64,000 nucleotides of DNA from Clostridiales bacterium (GCA_024693345.1 JAILLB010000006.1:16523-80522), one strand, 5' to 3'; positions 23,507 to 34,510 are shown, counted from the first letter of the stretch. The notes: generated from the sequence alone by a model not told the origin. Made by a program: numbers and translations.

Positions 23507-26149
23507 ATGCCAAGAGAATTATCTAAAACATACAACCCAAAGGAAATAGAAGAGCCTTTATACCAGGAGTGGTGCGACAAGAAGTATTTCACACCCTCAC
23601 CGGACAAAAACAAAGAACATTTTACAGTTGTTATCCCGCCACCAAATGTAACGGGACAGCTTCACATGGGCCATGCACTTGACGAAACTCTGCAGGATAC
23701 TATTGTCAGATTCAAAAGAATGCAGGGATATAACACTCTGTGGGTACCGGGAACCGATCACGCAGGAATTGCCACTCAGATTAAAGTTGAAGAGACACTC
23801 CGCAAAGAACAGGGTCTGAGCAGATATGATCTCGGCCGTGAAAAGTTTACGGACATGGTCTGGGAATGGAAGAAAAAATACGGAAACAGGATTATATCCC
23901 AGATCAAGGCTATGGGTGCATCATGCGACTGGTCCAGAGAAAGATTCACAATGGATGAAAACCTCTCTGCTGCCGTTAAAAAGGTGTTCGTAAGCCTGTA
24001 TAACGACGGACTCATGTACAGAGGTTTCAGAATAAGCAATATATGTCCAAGATGTGAAACAGCGCTTTCAGATGCTGAAGTTGAACATGAAGACACAGAA
24101 GGTGCTTTCTGGCACATCAGATATCCGCTTGAAGACGGAAGCGGTTACATTGAAGTCGCTACCACAAGACCTGAGACAATGCTTGGTGATACTGCAGTTG
24201 CGGTTCATCCGGACGATGATAGATATTCCAAATTTGTCGGAAAGACTCTCGTTCTCCCTCTTGTCGGAAGAAAGATTCCGGTTATTGCCGATGAATATGT
24301 TGAAAAAGATTTCGGAACCGGTGCTGTAAAGATAACACCCGCTCACGACCCGAATGACTTTGAAGTCGGATCCAGACACAACCTTGAAACTATCATCGTA
24401 ATAAGCAACAAAGGTATTATTACCGAAGAAGGCGGCAAGTATGCAGGCCTTGACAGATATGAGGCAAGAAAACAGATTGTTGAAGATCTCGAAGAACAGG
24501 GCTATCTTGTAAAAATCGAGAAATGCACTCATGCAGTAGGTCACTGCTGCAGATGCGGAACTGTTGTTGAACCCATAGCATCAAGCCAGTGGTTTGTAAA
24601 GATGGGACCTCTTGCAGAAAAGGCAATAGAAGTTGTTGAAAACGGAACAATAGATTACATTCCCGACAGATTCTCAAAGATTTACATGAACTGGATGAAG
24701 GGACTAAGAGACTGGTGCGTTTCACGTCAGCTCTGGTGGGGTCACAGAATCCCTGCATATTATTGTGAAGACTGTGGTGAAATAACGGTTTCTGAAAATG
24801 ACGTAACCGAATGTCCGAAATGTCATTCAAAGCATGTTCATCAGGATGAAGATGTTCTTGACACTTGGTTCTCTTCTGCTCTCTGGCCTTTCTCAACACT
24901 GGGTTGGCCAAACAAGACTGAAGACCTGGAATATTATTACCCCACATCAGTTCTGATTACAGGATATGACATAATCACATTCTGGGTTTCAAGAATGATT
25001 ACCATGGGCATGTACTGCATGAAAGAAAAACCATTCAGCCATGTCATAATCCATGGTCTTGTAAGAGATGCTCAGGGCAGAAAGATGTCCAAATCTCTCG
25101 GAAACGGAATTGATCCTCTTGAAATAATTGACAAATGCGGTGCCGATGCACTTAGATTTGCTCTTCTCACAGGAAACTCACCCGGAAATGACATGCGTTT
25201 CTCGGATGAAAAGATTGAAGCTGCAAGAAACTTCACAAATAAAATCTGGAATGCCGCAAGATTTGCTCTGATGAATATTCCGGACGAATTGACAGACACA
25301 AAGCTGCCTTCTACAGACAAACTAAAGATAGAAGACAAATGGATTCTCACAAGATATGAGGAACTTGTCAGCGAAGTAACCGAAAACCTCGAAAAATACG
25401 AACTCGGAATTGCTCTTGCAAAACTGTATGACTTTTTCTGGGGCACACTTTGTGACTGGTACCTTGAACTTGCAAAACCGAGACTCTTTGACAAAGAAGA
25501 TACCGAAGGAAATACAAACACCTGCAGAGTTCTGTCTTTCGTTCTGAGAGGCACAATGGAGCTAATGCATCCGTTTATGCCTTTCATAACAGAAAAAATC
25601 TGGCAGCAGCTTCCTCATGAAGGAGAAAGCATCGTAATAACGAGTTATCCGAAATTTGATCCTTTCCTCTTATTCAATAAAGAATCAGATCAGACCGAAC
25701 TTATTATCTCTGCTATCAAAGCAATCAGAAACAGACGTACAGAGATGAATGTTGCTCCGTCAAGAAAAGCAAAAGTATACATTGTTTCCGATGAAAAGGA
25801 TGCCTTCAATGACAGCAATTCACCGTTCTTTGTAAAGCTCGCCGGTGCTTCTGAAGTTGAGTATCCGGATGATATGCATGATGAGAATTCAGTGCTTATA
25901 GTGTCGGACAAAGCGAAGATTTTCATTCCACTTTCAGATTTGGTCGACATGGATGCCGAAATAGCCAGACTTGAAGCAGAAAAAGAAAAGCTGCTCGGAG
26001 AAATAGCAAGAATAGACAACAAGCTTTCAAACGAAGGATTTGTTTCCAAAGCTCCTGCTGCTGTGGTGGAAGCAGAAAAGACAAAGAGAGTCGGATATAA
26101 GGAAAAACTTGATGTTGTTATTGCTTCTCTTGCAAAATACGGGAAATAA
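23507..26149 (+). CDS. valS: Valine--tRNA ligase
   Basis: 880 aa. HIGH-type motif PNVTGQLHMGHAL, KMSKS, and a C-terminal coiled coil typical of ValRS. Confidence 0.95.
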   Translation: MPRELSKTYNPKEIEEPLYQEWCDKKYFTPSPDKNKEHFTVVIPPPNVTGQLHMGHALDETLQDTIVRFKRMQGYNTLWVPGTDHAGIATQIKVEETLRKEQGLSRYDLGREKFTDMVWEWKKKYGNRIISQIKAMGASCDWSRERFTMDENLSAAVKKVFVSLYNDGLMYRGFRISNICPRCETALSDAEVEHEDTEGAFWHIRYPLEDGSGYIEVATTRPETMLGDTAVAVHPDDDRYSKFVGKTLVLPLVGRKIPVIADEYVEKDFGTGAVKITPAHDPNDFEVGSRHNLETIIVISNKGIITEEGGKYAGLDRYEARKQIVEDLEEQGYLVKIEKCTHAVGHCCRCGTVVEPIASSQWFVKMGPLAEKAIEVVENGTIDYIPDRFSKIYMNWMKGLRDWCVSRQLWWGHRIPAYYCEDCGEITVSENDVTECPKCHSKHVHQDEDVLDTWFSSALWPFSTLGWPNKTEDLEYYYPTSVLITGYDIITFWVSRMITMGMYCMKEKPFSHVIIHGLVRDAQGRKMSKSLGNGIDPLEIIDKCGADALRFALLTGNSPGNDMRFSDEKIEAARNFTNKIWNAARFALMNIPDELTDTKLPSTDKLKIEDKWILTRYEELVSEVTENLEKYELGIALAKLYDFFWGTLCDWYLELAKPRLFDKEDTEGNTNTCRVLSFVLRGTMELMHPFMPFITEKIWQQLPHEGESIVITSYPKFDPFLLFNKESDQTELIISAIKAIRNRRTEMNVAPSRKAKVYIVSDEKDAFNDSNSPFFVKLAGASEVEYPDDMHDENSVLIVSDKAKIFIPLSDLVDMDAEIARLEAEKEKLLGEIARIDNKLSNEGFVSKAPAAVVEAEKTKRVGYKEKLDVVIASLAKYGK

Positions 26150-26165
26150 CTGAGATTTAATAATA

Positions 26166-26210
26166 CCCTCCATCGTCTAAGAGACAGAAAAGACGAGGAG
26201 GGTGTTTTTT
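26166..26210 (+). terminator. Rho-independent terminator after valS
   Basis: CCCTCCATCGTC...GACGAGGAGGG (one bulge) followed by TGTTTTTT. Overlaps the RBS of the next gene. Confidence 0.55.
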
Positions 26211-27098
26211 ATGAAAAAACTCAAACAATTGACCATTATTCTTCTTAGCATTGCTGTAGTTGCATCAGTTCTCTGTTCTTGCTCAAATTCATCCGGAAAA
26301 GCAGTATCCTATGTTGATTCCGAGTATTCAAAGAGCATCAGCACCCCTGAATACTCAGATATTTCAAACGAAGATAAGTCCATAGCATATAACCAACAAC
26401 TGGTAAAGAAATTCAATATAGATATGGATACCAAATCATTCGATGAAACCCTTGAGAAACTGAAACATCTCATAACAGGATACGGATATGTTTCCAATTC
26501 TTCTGTTCAGCAGTCAACATCAAGATATTCTGAAAAATATGCATCTTTTACTTTCAGAGTTGATTCTGAGCGCGTGGATCAGTTTGTAGAAGAAATAGGA
26601 AAGCTTGGCAGCGTCACAAGAAGCACTTCCACTGTAGAAGACATAACAAAGATGTATTATGATCTTGAATCTCAGATGAATGCACTGATTGAAGAAAAGA
26701 GCAACTTCGAAGCATTGAGAAAAGGTGCAGATTACGCAACACTCATAAAAATTGAAGACAAAATTGCAAGCCTGACTTCTCAGATCAATTATCTGAATTC
26801 ACAAATTGAGTATTACAAAAACTCAATCTCATATTCTTTTGTATATCTGAATGTTCATGAAGTTAAGGAATATGTGGTAAAAGAAGAAACATTCTGGGAT
26901 GAAATCGGAAATACATTCAAAGATTCTTTTAAGGCGTTCGTCAGTGTTCTTCACGGCTTTTTGAACGTATTGATATATATTCTTCCTTTTGCTGCCGTAC
27001 TGGGCATTGTAGCAATAATAGTCATAGTCTGTACGAAAAAGAACAGGAAGAAAAAAGCAGCTGAAAAAGAACAGAATACAACCGAACAGCAGTCGTAA
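26211..27098 (+). CDS. DUF4349-like lipoprotein with C-terminal membrane anchor
   Basis: Lipobox VLCSCSNS, central coiled-coil region (YYDLESQMNALIEEKSNFEAL), C-terminal TM segment LIYILPFAAVLGIVAIIVIV. Start moved to ATG 26211. Confidence 0.6.
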   Translation: MKKLKQLTIILLSIAVVASVLCSCSNSSGKAVSYVDSEYSKSISTPEYSDISNEDKSIAYNQQLVKKFNIDMDTKSFDETLEKLKHLITGYGYVSNSSVQQSTSRYSEKYASFTFRVDSERVDQFVEEIGKLGSVTRSTSTVEDITKMYYDLESQMNALIEEKSNFEALRKGADYATLIKIEDKIASLTSQINYLNSQIEYYKNSISYSFVYLNVHEVKEYVVKEETFWDEIGNTFKDSFKAFVSVLHGFLNVLIYILPFAAVLGIVAIIVIVCTKKNRKKKAAEKEQNTTEQQS

Positions 27099-27139
27099 AA
27101 AAATATGCACTTGGACGCAAATCCAAGTGCAATTTTTTT
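27099..27139. terminator. Bidirectional rho-independent terminator
   Basis: 10-bp stem TGCACTTGGA/TCCAAGTGCA (27106-27131), flanked by A-run and T-run. Sits between convergent genes. Confidence 0.85.
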
Positions 27140-27887
27140 ACTCGTCTTTTACCTCTGCGGGATAGTATTTGTCCTTCTTAGCCATTCTTCTGACTAAGAT
27201 AATTGAGATAACAAATAATACAAGAACGAAACCTATAAACACAAAGTCACCATACTGAGACTCAACAGAGGCAACATAGTCATATGCCCCGTGAATGGCT
27301 GCCGGAATGAGCAAGGCAAGAAGCTTGCAGAAATTCTTTGCAGCCTTGTTTCCTTTTGCCTTATATCCACGCGCCAGCCCGTAGAAGATGCCCATGAACA
27401 CTCCAAAACAAGCATGGCCGGGAACAGCCGTCAGTGCTCTTAAAAGCGCTGTAGAAAAGCCATAGTGCAAAACATAGCTTATGTTTTCCCAGAGGGCAAA
27501 GCCAAGCGATACAAATACAGCATATACTACCCCGTCAAATTGACAATTGAATTCTTTGCTCTTCCAGCTCCCTAAGTGCAACAGCAAGTATTTTGACAAT
27601 TCCTCAAATAAACCTACAACCAGGAAATACAGCAATATGTTGTATAGTTTGTCTTCCTGTGAGACAAATACACAAAGGACTGTATCTCCGATTTTTTCCA
27701 GCAACAAAGCAAGGTTCGCCGACAATATTCCGAACAGAACCATCTTTAAAAGCATTGAAGGCTTCTCTTTTTCGAGTTTATCCAGTCTGTTTACAACAAT
27801 CATGAGTATGATTGCAGGAATCACTGCTGCAAGAATCAGCAGTACGTCGAAATCAATCAGCGTCGAGATTATGAAATAGAACATCAA
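27138..27887 (-). CDS. PrsW family intramembrane metalloprotease
   Basis: 249-aa polytopic protein with FEELSKY and HGAYD motifs. Confidence 0.7.
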   Translation of the reverse strand: MMFYFIISTLIDFDVLLILAAVIPAIILMIVVNRLDKLEKEKPSMLLKMVLFGILSANLALLLEKIGDTVLCVFVSQEDKLYNILLYFLVVGLFEELSKYLLLHLGSWKSKEFNCQFDGVVYAVFVSLGFALWENISYVLHYGFSTALLRALTAVPGHACFGVFMGIFYGLARGYKAKGNKAAKNFCKLLALLIPAAIHGAYDYVASVESQYGDFVFIGFVLVLFVISIILVRRMAKKDKYYPAEVKDE

Positions 27888-27894
27888 AAAAACC

Positions 27895-29298
27895 TTACGC
27901 TTTAAAGAACGCAGCCAGAGCCTTGTGTGTCATGTAGACATCGGTTTTTCCGACCACTTCGATAGGAGCATGCATTGAAATGACCGGTACCCCTATATCT
28001 ATAGTGTCAACATTCTTTTTGGCAATGAATTTTGCAACTGTGCCGCCGCCGCCCTGGTCAACTTTTCCAAGTTCGGATGTCTGCCATACGACTTTGTTTT
28101 CATCGAGCAGATTGCGGACATAACCCATGAATTCTGCGCTTGCATCGTTTGATCCGGATTTACCTCTGGAGCCTGTGAATTTGGTAATTACAACGCCCTT
28201 GTTCATGAAACAGGAGTTTCTTCTCTCACATGTTTCGGGGAAATTGGGGTCAAAACAAGCATTGACGTCAGCTGAAAGGCATTTTGCGTTCTTTCTGACA
28301 ACTGCATCCAGAACCTTCTGAGTCTTTGCCATATCTGAAATGATGTCAAAGAACACTTCGCACTGCATACCTGTGTTTCCTTCGCTGCCTATTTCCTCTT
28401 TGTCAGCAAGAATGGCCATGCAGGTGTGAACGGGTGCTTTTGAGCATTCAACAAGTGCTGTAAGCGACGGATAAGCACATACTTTGTCATCGTGGCCGTA
28501 TGCGCCAATCAGTGAACGGTCAAAGCCGATGTCGCGAGCCTTGGATGCAGGCACTGCACAAAGTTCAGCAGACATGAGATCTGCTTCAGTGATTCCGTAT
28601 TTTTCATTCAATATATTTAGAACATTCAGTTTAATTCCATCAGCTTTTACATCAGGATAAGGCTTTGAGCCTACGAGAACATTCAGCTGTTCGCCTGTTA
28701 TACCATCGCTGAGAGTCTTTCTCATCTGATCACCGGAGAGGTGAATCAAAAGGTCGTTTATATAGAAAACCGGGTCGTTTTCTTCGTCACCTATTTTAAT
28801 TGTGACTGTCTCGCCGTTTGCCTTTGTTACAACTCCGTGGAGGGCAAGTGGTATAGTAGTCCACTGATATTTCTTGATTCCGCCGTAATAGTGTGTCTTG
28901 AAGAAACACATTCCGTCAGCTTCATATACAGGGTGCTGTTTGAAATCCACTCTCGGTGAATCTATATGGGCAGCTGTAATGTTAAGGCCCTTGTCCAGTG
29001 TTTCCTTACCTATTACGAAAGCAGCAAGAGATTTGTTGTGGTTGTTGTAGTAGTACTTGTCTCCTGCTTTAATCTTTGCACCGAAATCAAACTCCTTGAA
29101 TCCCTTCTTTGTAAGGTATTCAATTGATGCTTTTACAAATTCTCTTTCGGTCTTTCCTTCATCGAGGAATTTCTTGTATCCCTCGCAGTAGTCATAAGCC
29201 TTTTTCACATCAGCTTCAGTCATTTTCTCATAACAACTCGGATTGCTGAAAAACAGTTTCTCCTTTAATTTGTCTGATGTTTTCTTTTCGTTTGCCAT
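27895..29298 (-). CDS. M18 family aminopeptidase
   Basis: ITAAHIDSPRVDFKQHP and overall M18-like layout. Start trimmed to ATG 29298 (MANEKK), 8 nt after GGAGGA. Confidence 0.75.
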   Translation of the reverse strand: MANEKKTSDKLKEKLFFSNPSCYEKMTEADVKKAYDYCEGYKKFLDEGKTEREFVKASIEYLTKKGFKEFDFGAKIKAGDKYYYNNHNKSLAAFVIGKETLDKGLNITAAHIDSPRVDFKQHPVYEADGMCFFKTHYYGGIKKYQWTTIPLALHGVVTKANGETVTIKIGDEENDPVFYINDLLIHLSGDQMRKTLSDGITGEQLNVLVGSKPYPDVKADGIKLNVLNILNEKYGITEADLMSAELCAVPASKARDIGFDRSLIGAYGHDDKVCAYPSLTALVECSKAPVHTCMAILADKEEIGSEGNTGMQCEVFFDIISDMAKTQKVLDAVVRKNAKCLSADVNACFDPNFPETCERRNSCFMNKGVVITKFTGSRGKSGSNDASAEFMGYVRNLLDENKVVWQTSELGKVDQGGGGTVAKFIAKKNVDTIDIGVPVISMHAPIEVVGKTDVYMTHKALAAFFKA

Positions 29299-29319
29299 CT
29301 TTATATCCTCCATGAAATT

Positions 29320-30423
29320 TTAATCAAATTTATATCCTTTATCTTCTCCGTCAAGTCTTATGGACCTTCTGTAATGACCCATTACTTTGAAAAGATAATT
29401 CTGGGCTTCTTCAGGAAGCTTGTCAGTAATAAGACGTCCGTTTTCCGAATAATTATCATCCTCAAGCCAGGATTTAATCTGTGTCACTCCGACATGGTAA
29501 GAGATAGATATTTCGTTAATACCGTCAAGTCTGTAATCCAGCCAGTGGAGCAGATACGCCCCGCACATTATGTTGAATTCCGGGTCGTACAGTTGATCCG
29601 GATTGTCTTCCAGGTTGAGATTCTGTGCTATGTCCACTGAAAATGTATCAGGCATTATCTGCATCAGGCCAATCGCACCGGTTTTGGATGTCCTGTAGCA
29701 GTAGAAGCTGCTCTCCGTCTCGATAATTGCCATTATGAGGTTGTAATCGACTTTATACTTCTGTCCGTACTTTTTCGCATATTCAAGTGCAGTTTCTCTT
29801 GGCAAAAGGACTGAATCGTAGTCCGGAGCTTCACCGTAGTAGAGACAATAGCTGTTGTAATACTTCATAATCCTCTTGACATATGTCTTAACTGACTCAA
29901 TAGGTATGTCTTCAACTGCAATGTCTACTTCACCGCCAAGTTCAGTCATCCAGGATCTGACTCTGTTTGGACCGCAGTTGTAAGCCGCCAGTGATGCATT
30001 CGTTCCCCCCACAACAGAACAGTATGTTGCGTAATAATACACACCGCACGCTATGTTTGTCTCAGGATCCTTCAACGCCTCTTCAGGCGGAAGAGTGAAT
30101 CCGAGTTTTTCTTTCAGGTCGTTATACGTTGACGGCATCATCTGCATAAGTCCTATGGCACCGGATTTTGACACCGCATCCTTATTGAAACTGCTCTCAG
30201 CCATAATCATGGCCTTGATGAGATTCTCATCAACCTTGTATTTGATTGAGTACTTCGTGATGATGTCTGAGTACTTGTTTATGCATTCATCTTGTCTGTA
30301 ATACTTGGAATCGGGTGTTCTGTCAGTGCTGTAATAGACAATCAGCGTAACAGTGACAGCGATAATAAGGACCGAAAGTATTATTATGAGAATCCACAGG
30401 ATTTTGTTAATGTCTTTTTTCAA
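29320..30423 (-). CDS. Membrane-anchored lytic transglycosylase with two tandem SLT domains
   Basis: N-terminal TM segment. Two catalytic-Glu motifs: AESSFNKDAVSKSGAIGLMQMMP and TESSFYCYRTSKTGAIGLMQIMP. Confidence 0.85.
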   Translation of the reverse strand: MKKDINKILWILIIILSVLIIAVTVTLIVYYSTDRTPDSKYYRQDECINKYSDIITKYSIKYKVDENLIKAMIMAESSFNKDAVSKSGAIGLMQMMPSTYNDLKEKLGFTLPPEEALKDPETNIACGVYYYATYCSVVGGTNASLAAYNCGPNRVRSWMTELGGEVDIAVEDIPIESVKTYVKRIMKYYNSYCLYYGEAPDYDSVLLPRETALEYAKKYGQKYKVDYNLIMAIIETESSFYCYRTSKTGAIGLMQIMPDTFSVDIAQNLNLEDNPDQLYDPEFNIMCGAYLLHWLDYRLDGINEISISYHVGVTQIKSWLEDDNYSENGRLITDKLPEEAQNYLFKVMGHYRRSIRLDGEDKGYKFD

Positions 30424-30425
30424 GG

Positions 30426-31025
30426 CTAACCCCCTGTGTTAATCTTCGAAAGCAGTTTTGTCACATTGTCTTTCAATACTTCCAGTGTTGAGTTGTTTTC
30501 GATTATGTAGTCACACTTTTCCATGTAGAAATCATTTGATGGCTGTACTGCCATTCTGGCTATAATCTCCCTCTCGCTCAGCCCGCCTCTTATAACGGCC
30601 CTGTTGAGCCTTATTTTGTCATCAGAAACGATTCCTATGGTACAGTCGCAGTAATCATTCAAGCCCGACTGGAAAAGTGTCGGTGCATCTATTATGCACG
30701 GCAGTCCCATGGCAACAGAGGCACTCGACTGTTCTCTGACGCGGGCAAGAATAACAGGGTAACTCACGGATTCAAGCAGTTTAACATTTTCTTTTGATTC
30801 AAATGCTTTTTCAGAAACCGCTTTTCTGTCAACACTCTGTCTGCCTTCAATTTCAACTATGCAATCGGAGCCGAACACTTTGATTATTCCCTTTACAAAT
30901 TCAGGATCATCGTTAATTGAGTGGGAAATCTTGTCGCAGTCGACAACGGCAAAACCGAGTCCGGAAGCAATTTCCGCTACCGCACTCTTTCCCGATCCTA
31001 TTGATCCAGTCAATCCGATTATCAT
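30426..31025 (-). CDS. coaE: Dephospho-CoA kinase
   Basis: 199 aa. P-loop MIIGLTGSIGSGKSAV. Confidence 0.9.
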   Translation of the reverse strand: MIIGLTGSIGSGKSAVAEIASGLGFAVVDCDKISHSINDDPEFVKGIIKVFGSDCIVEIEGRQSVDRKAVSEKAFESKENVKLLESVSYPVILARVREQSSASVAMGLPCIIDAPTLFQSGLNDYCDCTIGIVSDDKIRLNRAVIRGGLSEREIIARMAVQPSNDFYMEKCDYIIENNSTLEVLKDNVTKLLSKINTGG

Positions 31026-31034
31026 AATAACCTC

Positions 31035-32087
31035 TCAGATTTCAATAATATTGTATCCTGAAGCTTTCAGCATTCTGTTTTTTACTGCCAGGCCGATTCC
31101 CGATTCATCTTCCGTGACAGCATAAATCTCCGTCACATCGGTTTCATCAAACTCCCGCAGAAAAGCAAACAGTTTCTTTGCATGTTCTGCTTTGTCATTT
31201 TTCGAGCCTAAATCTTTAATATACTCTCCATTGAGACATCTGCAGATTTCGCTGCAGCACATCGCACCCGTCTTTGGATTCTGTTCTATCTTTGAATTGA
31301 TGAACTTGACAGCTCTGTTCTCAAAATCCGACGAATTGTCATCAACAATCAAATACACTTTTGCTTCAGGTGCATAGTGTCTGTATTTCATTCCGGGGGC
31401 CTGTGGTTTGACATTGTCCGGTAGTTTTTCTCTTACCGCTTTGTCTATATTTATTTTTCCGCAAACGCTTTCGAGCATTTCAACGGATATGCCGCCTGGT
31501 CTTAAAAGCGATACGTTTCCGTCACATATCTTGACTATTGTCGATTCCAGCCCTATTACACACTCTCCTCCGTCTATTATGACATCGACTTTTCCGTCAA
31601 GGTCATCTCTGACATGCTGAGCACAGGTTGGGCTTGGCTTGCCCGAAGTGTTTGCAGACGGAGCTGCTATCGGAACTCCGGATAATCTGATCAGTTCCCT
31701 TGCAACTTTGTCTGAAGGACATCTCACTGCAACCGTGTCAAGTCCGCCAGTCACGGTAGAAGGAACAATGTCCTTTTTCTTCATTATGACCGTGATGGGT
31801 CCTGGCATGAATTTTTCTGCCAGTTTGTAGTACAAATCACTTGTAAAGCAGTACTTTTCAGCTTCTTCAGACTTAGAAATATGGATAATAAGCGGATTAT
31901 CGGAAGGACGTCCTTTTGCAAGGTATATCCTTTTTGACGCATCAGGATCGAGCGCACTGGCACCGAGACCGTAAACCGTTTCAGTCGGAAAAGCTACCAG
32001 TCCACCGTTCTTTATTACATCTGCTGCCTCAACAAGCTGAGGTTCAAGTTCTCTGTTTTTATCTATTTCAACAAATCTAGTTGTCAA
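31035..32087 (-). CDS. tsaC: L-threonylcarbamoyladenylate synthase (Sua5/YwlC type)
   Basis: 350 aa. VAFPTETVYGLGA and SANTSGKPSPT motifs, plus a C-terminal Sua5 domain. Confidence 0.9.
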   Translation of the reverse strand: MTTRFVEIDKNRELEPQLVEAADVIKNGGLVAFPTETVYGLGASALDPDASKRIYLAKGRPSDNPLIIHISKSEEAEKYCFTSDLYYKLAEKFMPGPITVIMKKKDIVPSTVTGGLDTVAVRCPSDKVARELIRLSGVPIAAPSANTSGKPSPTCAQHVRDDLDGKVDVIIDGGECVIGLESTIVKICDGNVSLLRPGGISVEMLESVCGKINIDKAVREKLPDNVKPQAPGMKYRHYAPEAKVYLIVDDNSSDFENRAVKFINSKIEQNPKTGAMCCSEICRCLNGEYIKDLGSKNDKAEHAKKLFAFLREFDETDVTEIYAVTEDESGIGLAVKNRMLKASGYNIIEI

Positions 32088-33163
32088 GAAATATCTCCCT
32101 CGCCGCTCTTGAGTTTTTCTGCTGTATCAGCCTCTCCAAGAGCATCTATCATTTTGTCCATGTCACCATTCATAAATGCTTCTATGCTGTGAATGGTCAA
32201 TCCTATTCTGTGGTCGGTAACGCGTCCCTGCGGGAAGTTATATGTCCTTATCCTCTCGCTGCGGTCACCTGTTCCGATCTGGCTTCTGCGCTCGTTTTTG
32301 AGTTCATTGTCGCGCTTTTCTTTTTCTATGTTATACAGTTTTGCCTTGAGAAGGTTCATCGCCTTTTCCCTGTTCTGGAACTGGCTTCTCTCTTCCTGAC
32401 ATTCAACGACTATTCCGCTAGGCTTATGCAGAATTCTGATTGCGGATTCTGTCTTATTTATATGCTGACCGCCTGCTCCGCTGGATTTCATTGTTTCAAC
32501 TTCAAGGTCCTCAGGCTTTATTTCGATGTTTATATCATCATCTGCTTCACAAAGAACTGCAACAGTTACTGTTGAAGTGTGAATTCTTCCGGATGCTTCT
32601 GTTTCAGGCACTCTCTGCACTCTGTGAACACCTGACTCATATTTCAATCTCGAATATGCGCCTTTGCCTTCAATTGTAAACACAACTTCTTTAAGTCCTC
32701 CGAGTCCGGTTTCACTCGAAGACATTACTTCAACCTTAAACCTGTGTGATGCTGCATACATTGAATACATTCTGAAAAGCGAATTTGCAAACAGCGCTGC
32801 CTCGTCCCCGCCTGCTCCGCCTCTTATCTCAACAATGACGTTTTTGTCATCATTCGGATCTGTAGGCAGAAGAAGTTTTCTGAGCTCGAGCGTGCATGAA
32901 TCTATTTTTTCTTTTGCATCGACGTATTCTTCCTGAGCCAGCTTCTTGATTTCAGGATCTGAATCATTCATCAGCTCTTCCGAATCAACCAGGCTCTGCT
33001 CATATGACTTGAGTTCTCTGAATTTCTCGACAATAGGTGTTAGCCTGCTGTACTCTTTTGTCAGCGACTTAAACTTTTCCTGATCCGATACAACATTCGG
33101 GTCTTCAAGCATTGCAGAGATCTGCAGATATTTTTCTTCAATTCCGTTCAACTTGTCTCTCAT
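32084..33163 (-). CDS. prfA: Peptide chain release factor 1
   Basis: 359 aa. GGQ motif SGAGGQHINKTES. RF1-type tripeptide region RVQRVPETEASGRIHTS. Confidence 0.95.
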   Translation of the reverse strand: MRDKLNGIEEKYLQISAMLEDPNVVSDQEKFKSLTKEYSRLTPIVEKFRELKSYEQSLVDSEELMNDSDPEIKKLAQEEYVDAKEKIDSCTLELRKLLLPTDPNDDKNVIVEIRGGAGGDEAALFANSLFRMYSMYAASHRFKVEVMSSSETGLGGLKEVVFTIEGKGAYSRLKYESGVHRVQRVPETEASGRIHTSTVTVAVLCEADDDINIEIKPEDLEVETMKSSGAGGQHINKTESAIRILHKPSGIVVECQEERSQFQNREKAMNLLKAKLYNIEKEKRDNELKNERRSQIGTGDRSERIRTYNFPQGRVTDHRIGLTIHSIEAFMNGDMDKMIDALGEADTAEKLKSGEGDIS

Positions 33164-33390
33164 AATAATTTCCCTATAAAATAGTTACATGATATTATAC
33201 CATAAATATCCGTCGAAAAAACACTTTTTTGCTCCTATATATGTCCCATTCAAACAATTATGGCAAAAAGTTGTCTGTGTAATCAAATTTTTTTGAAAAA
33301 TAATAAGCGAGCAAATGATATGAAAAACGGAGATTTTAAGAGATATACGGATATACGGGTATCGTAAATTAATTTTTGAAAAAATTTCTA

Positions 33391-33420
33391 TTGACAATGA
33401 AATGAACGTAATGATATAAT
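33391..33420 (+). promoter_or_regulatory. Sigma-70-type promoter for rplM-rpsI
   Basis: TTGACA (33391-33396), 18 nt spacer, TATAAT (33415-33420). Confidence 0.7.
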
Positions 33421-33483
33421 TCATGCGTTCACGAAAAAAGCGCCCTTACAGAGCGCAAAATCACAAATCGGAGGATCTTAATA

Positions 33484-33915
33484 ATGTCAACTTACATGGC
33501 AAAAAAAGAAACGGTTACACGCAACTGGTATGTAATCGATGCAGCCGGCAAACCGCTCGGAAAAACTGCTGTAGCTGCTGCTGATCTTCTCAGAGGAAAG
33601 AATACACCTGAATATACACCTCATGTTGACTGTGGTTCATTTGTTATCATAGTTAATGCTGAAAAGGCTGTTCTTACCGGAAAGAAGCTCGAAAACAAGT
33701 ATTATTATCATCATTCAGGATATATCGGCGGACTTAAGAAAGTCAACTACAAGACTCTTATGGAAACCAAACCTGAAAGAGCAATGGAACTTGCTGTTAA
33801 AGGCATGCTTCCCCACAACACACTCGGCGATTCTGCTTTCACACGTCTGAAAGTATATGCAGGACCGGATCACAACCATCAGGCTCAGAAGCCCGTTGAG
33901 TACACAGTTGAATAA
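33484..33915 (+). CDS. rplM: 50S ribosomal protein L13
   Basis: 143 aa. [15 protein letters not shown]...HSGYIGGLK is typical L13. RBS GGAGGA. Confidence 0.95.
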   Translation: MSTYMAKKETVTRNWYVIDAAGKPLGKTAVAAADLLRGKNTPEYTPHVDCGSFVIIVNAEKAVLTGKKLENKYYYHHSGYIGGLKKVNYKTLMETKPERAMELAVKGMLPHNTLGDSAFTRLKVYAGPDHNHQAQKPVEYTVE

Positions 33916-33935
33916 GAAAGGAAGGATAAGGAACA

Positions 33936-34337
33936 ATGTATACTAGTGCTAAACCGTATTTCTATGGTACAGGTAGAAGAAAAAAATCCATTGCACGTGT
34001 TCGCGTATATGTAGGCTCAGGTTCTATCGTTATCAACGGACGTACAATAGATGATTATTTCGGTCTTGAAACTCTTAAATTGATTGTTAATCAGCCTTTC
34101 GAAGTTACTGAAACAATGGGCAAATTCGATGTTGTCTGCACAGCAGCAGGCGGCGGTATTTCAGGCCAGGCAGGCGCAATCCGTCACGGCATCGCTAAGG
34201 CTCTCCTTCAGGTTGATGAAGCTTACAGAGCTCCCCTTAAAAAGGCAGGATTCCTCACAAGAGACCCGAGAGAAAAAGAAAGAAAGAAATACGGTCTCAA
34301 AGCGGCAAGAAGAGCTCCTCAGTTCTCAAAGCGTTAA
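33936..34337 (+). CDS. rpsI: 30S ribosomal protein S9
   Basis: 133 aa. [12 protein letters not shown]...[19 protein letters not shown]...APQFSKR. Confidence 0.95.
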   Translation: MYTSAKPYFYGTGRRKKSIARVRVYVGSGSIVINGRTIDDYFGLETLKLIVNQPFEVTETMGKFDVVCTAAGGGISGQAGAIRHGIAKALLQVDEAYRAPLKKAGFLTRDPREKERKKYGLKAARRAPQFSKR

Positions 34338-34360
34338 CCGATACTTCAAAACAGTCAAAG

Positions 34361-34390
34361 CCCTGGAAACACAGCGTTTCCGGGGTTTTT
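34361..34390 (+). terminator. Rho-independent terminator after rpsI
   Basis: CCCTGGAAAC-acagc-GTTTCCGGGG followed by TTTTT. Confidence 0.85.
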
Positions 34391-34510
34391 CATATACTGT
34401 TTCAATTCCCTTTTGCTGAATTTAACATAGACAAAAATGAGCAAAAAAAGACAAGAATAAACAATTTGAGTATGATATAATCGGAACAACAAGACAAGGA
34501 GGTTGTCTAT

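Noticed and set aside
33346-33365. Tandem 8-mer ATATACGG ATATACGG in the prfA/rplM intergenic region
   Set aside because: Only two copies of a short unit. It is compatible with chance in AT-rich spacer DNA and has no associated regulator.
33421-33483. Possible ribosomal-protein L13 leader structure upstream of rplM (hairpin GCGC-ccttacaga-GCGC)
   Set aside because: The hairpin is only 4 bp and the leader only about 60 nt. I cannot match it to the remembered L13-leader architecture, so it needs a covariance-model scan.
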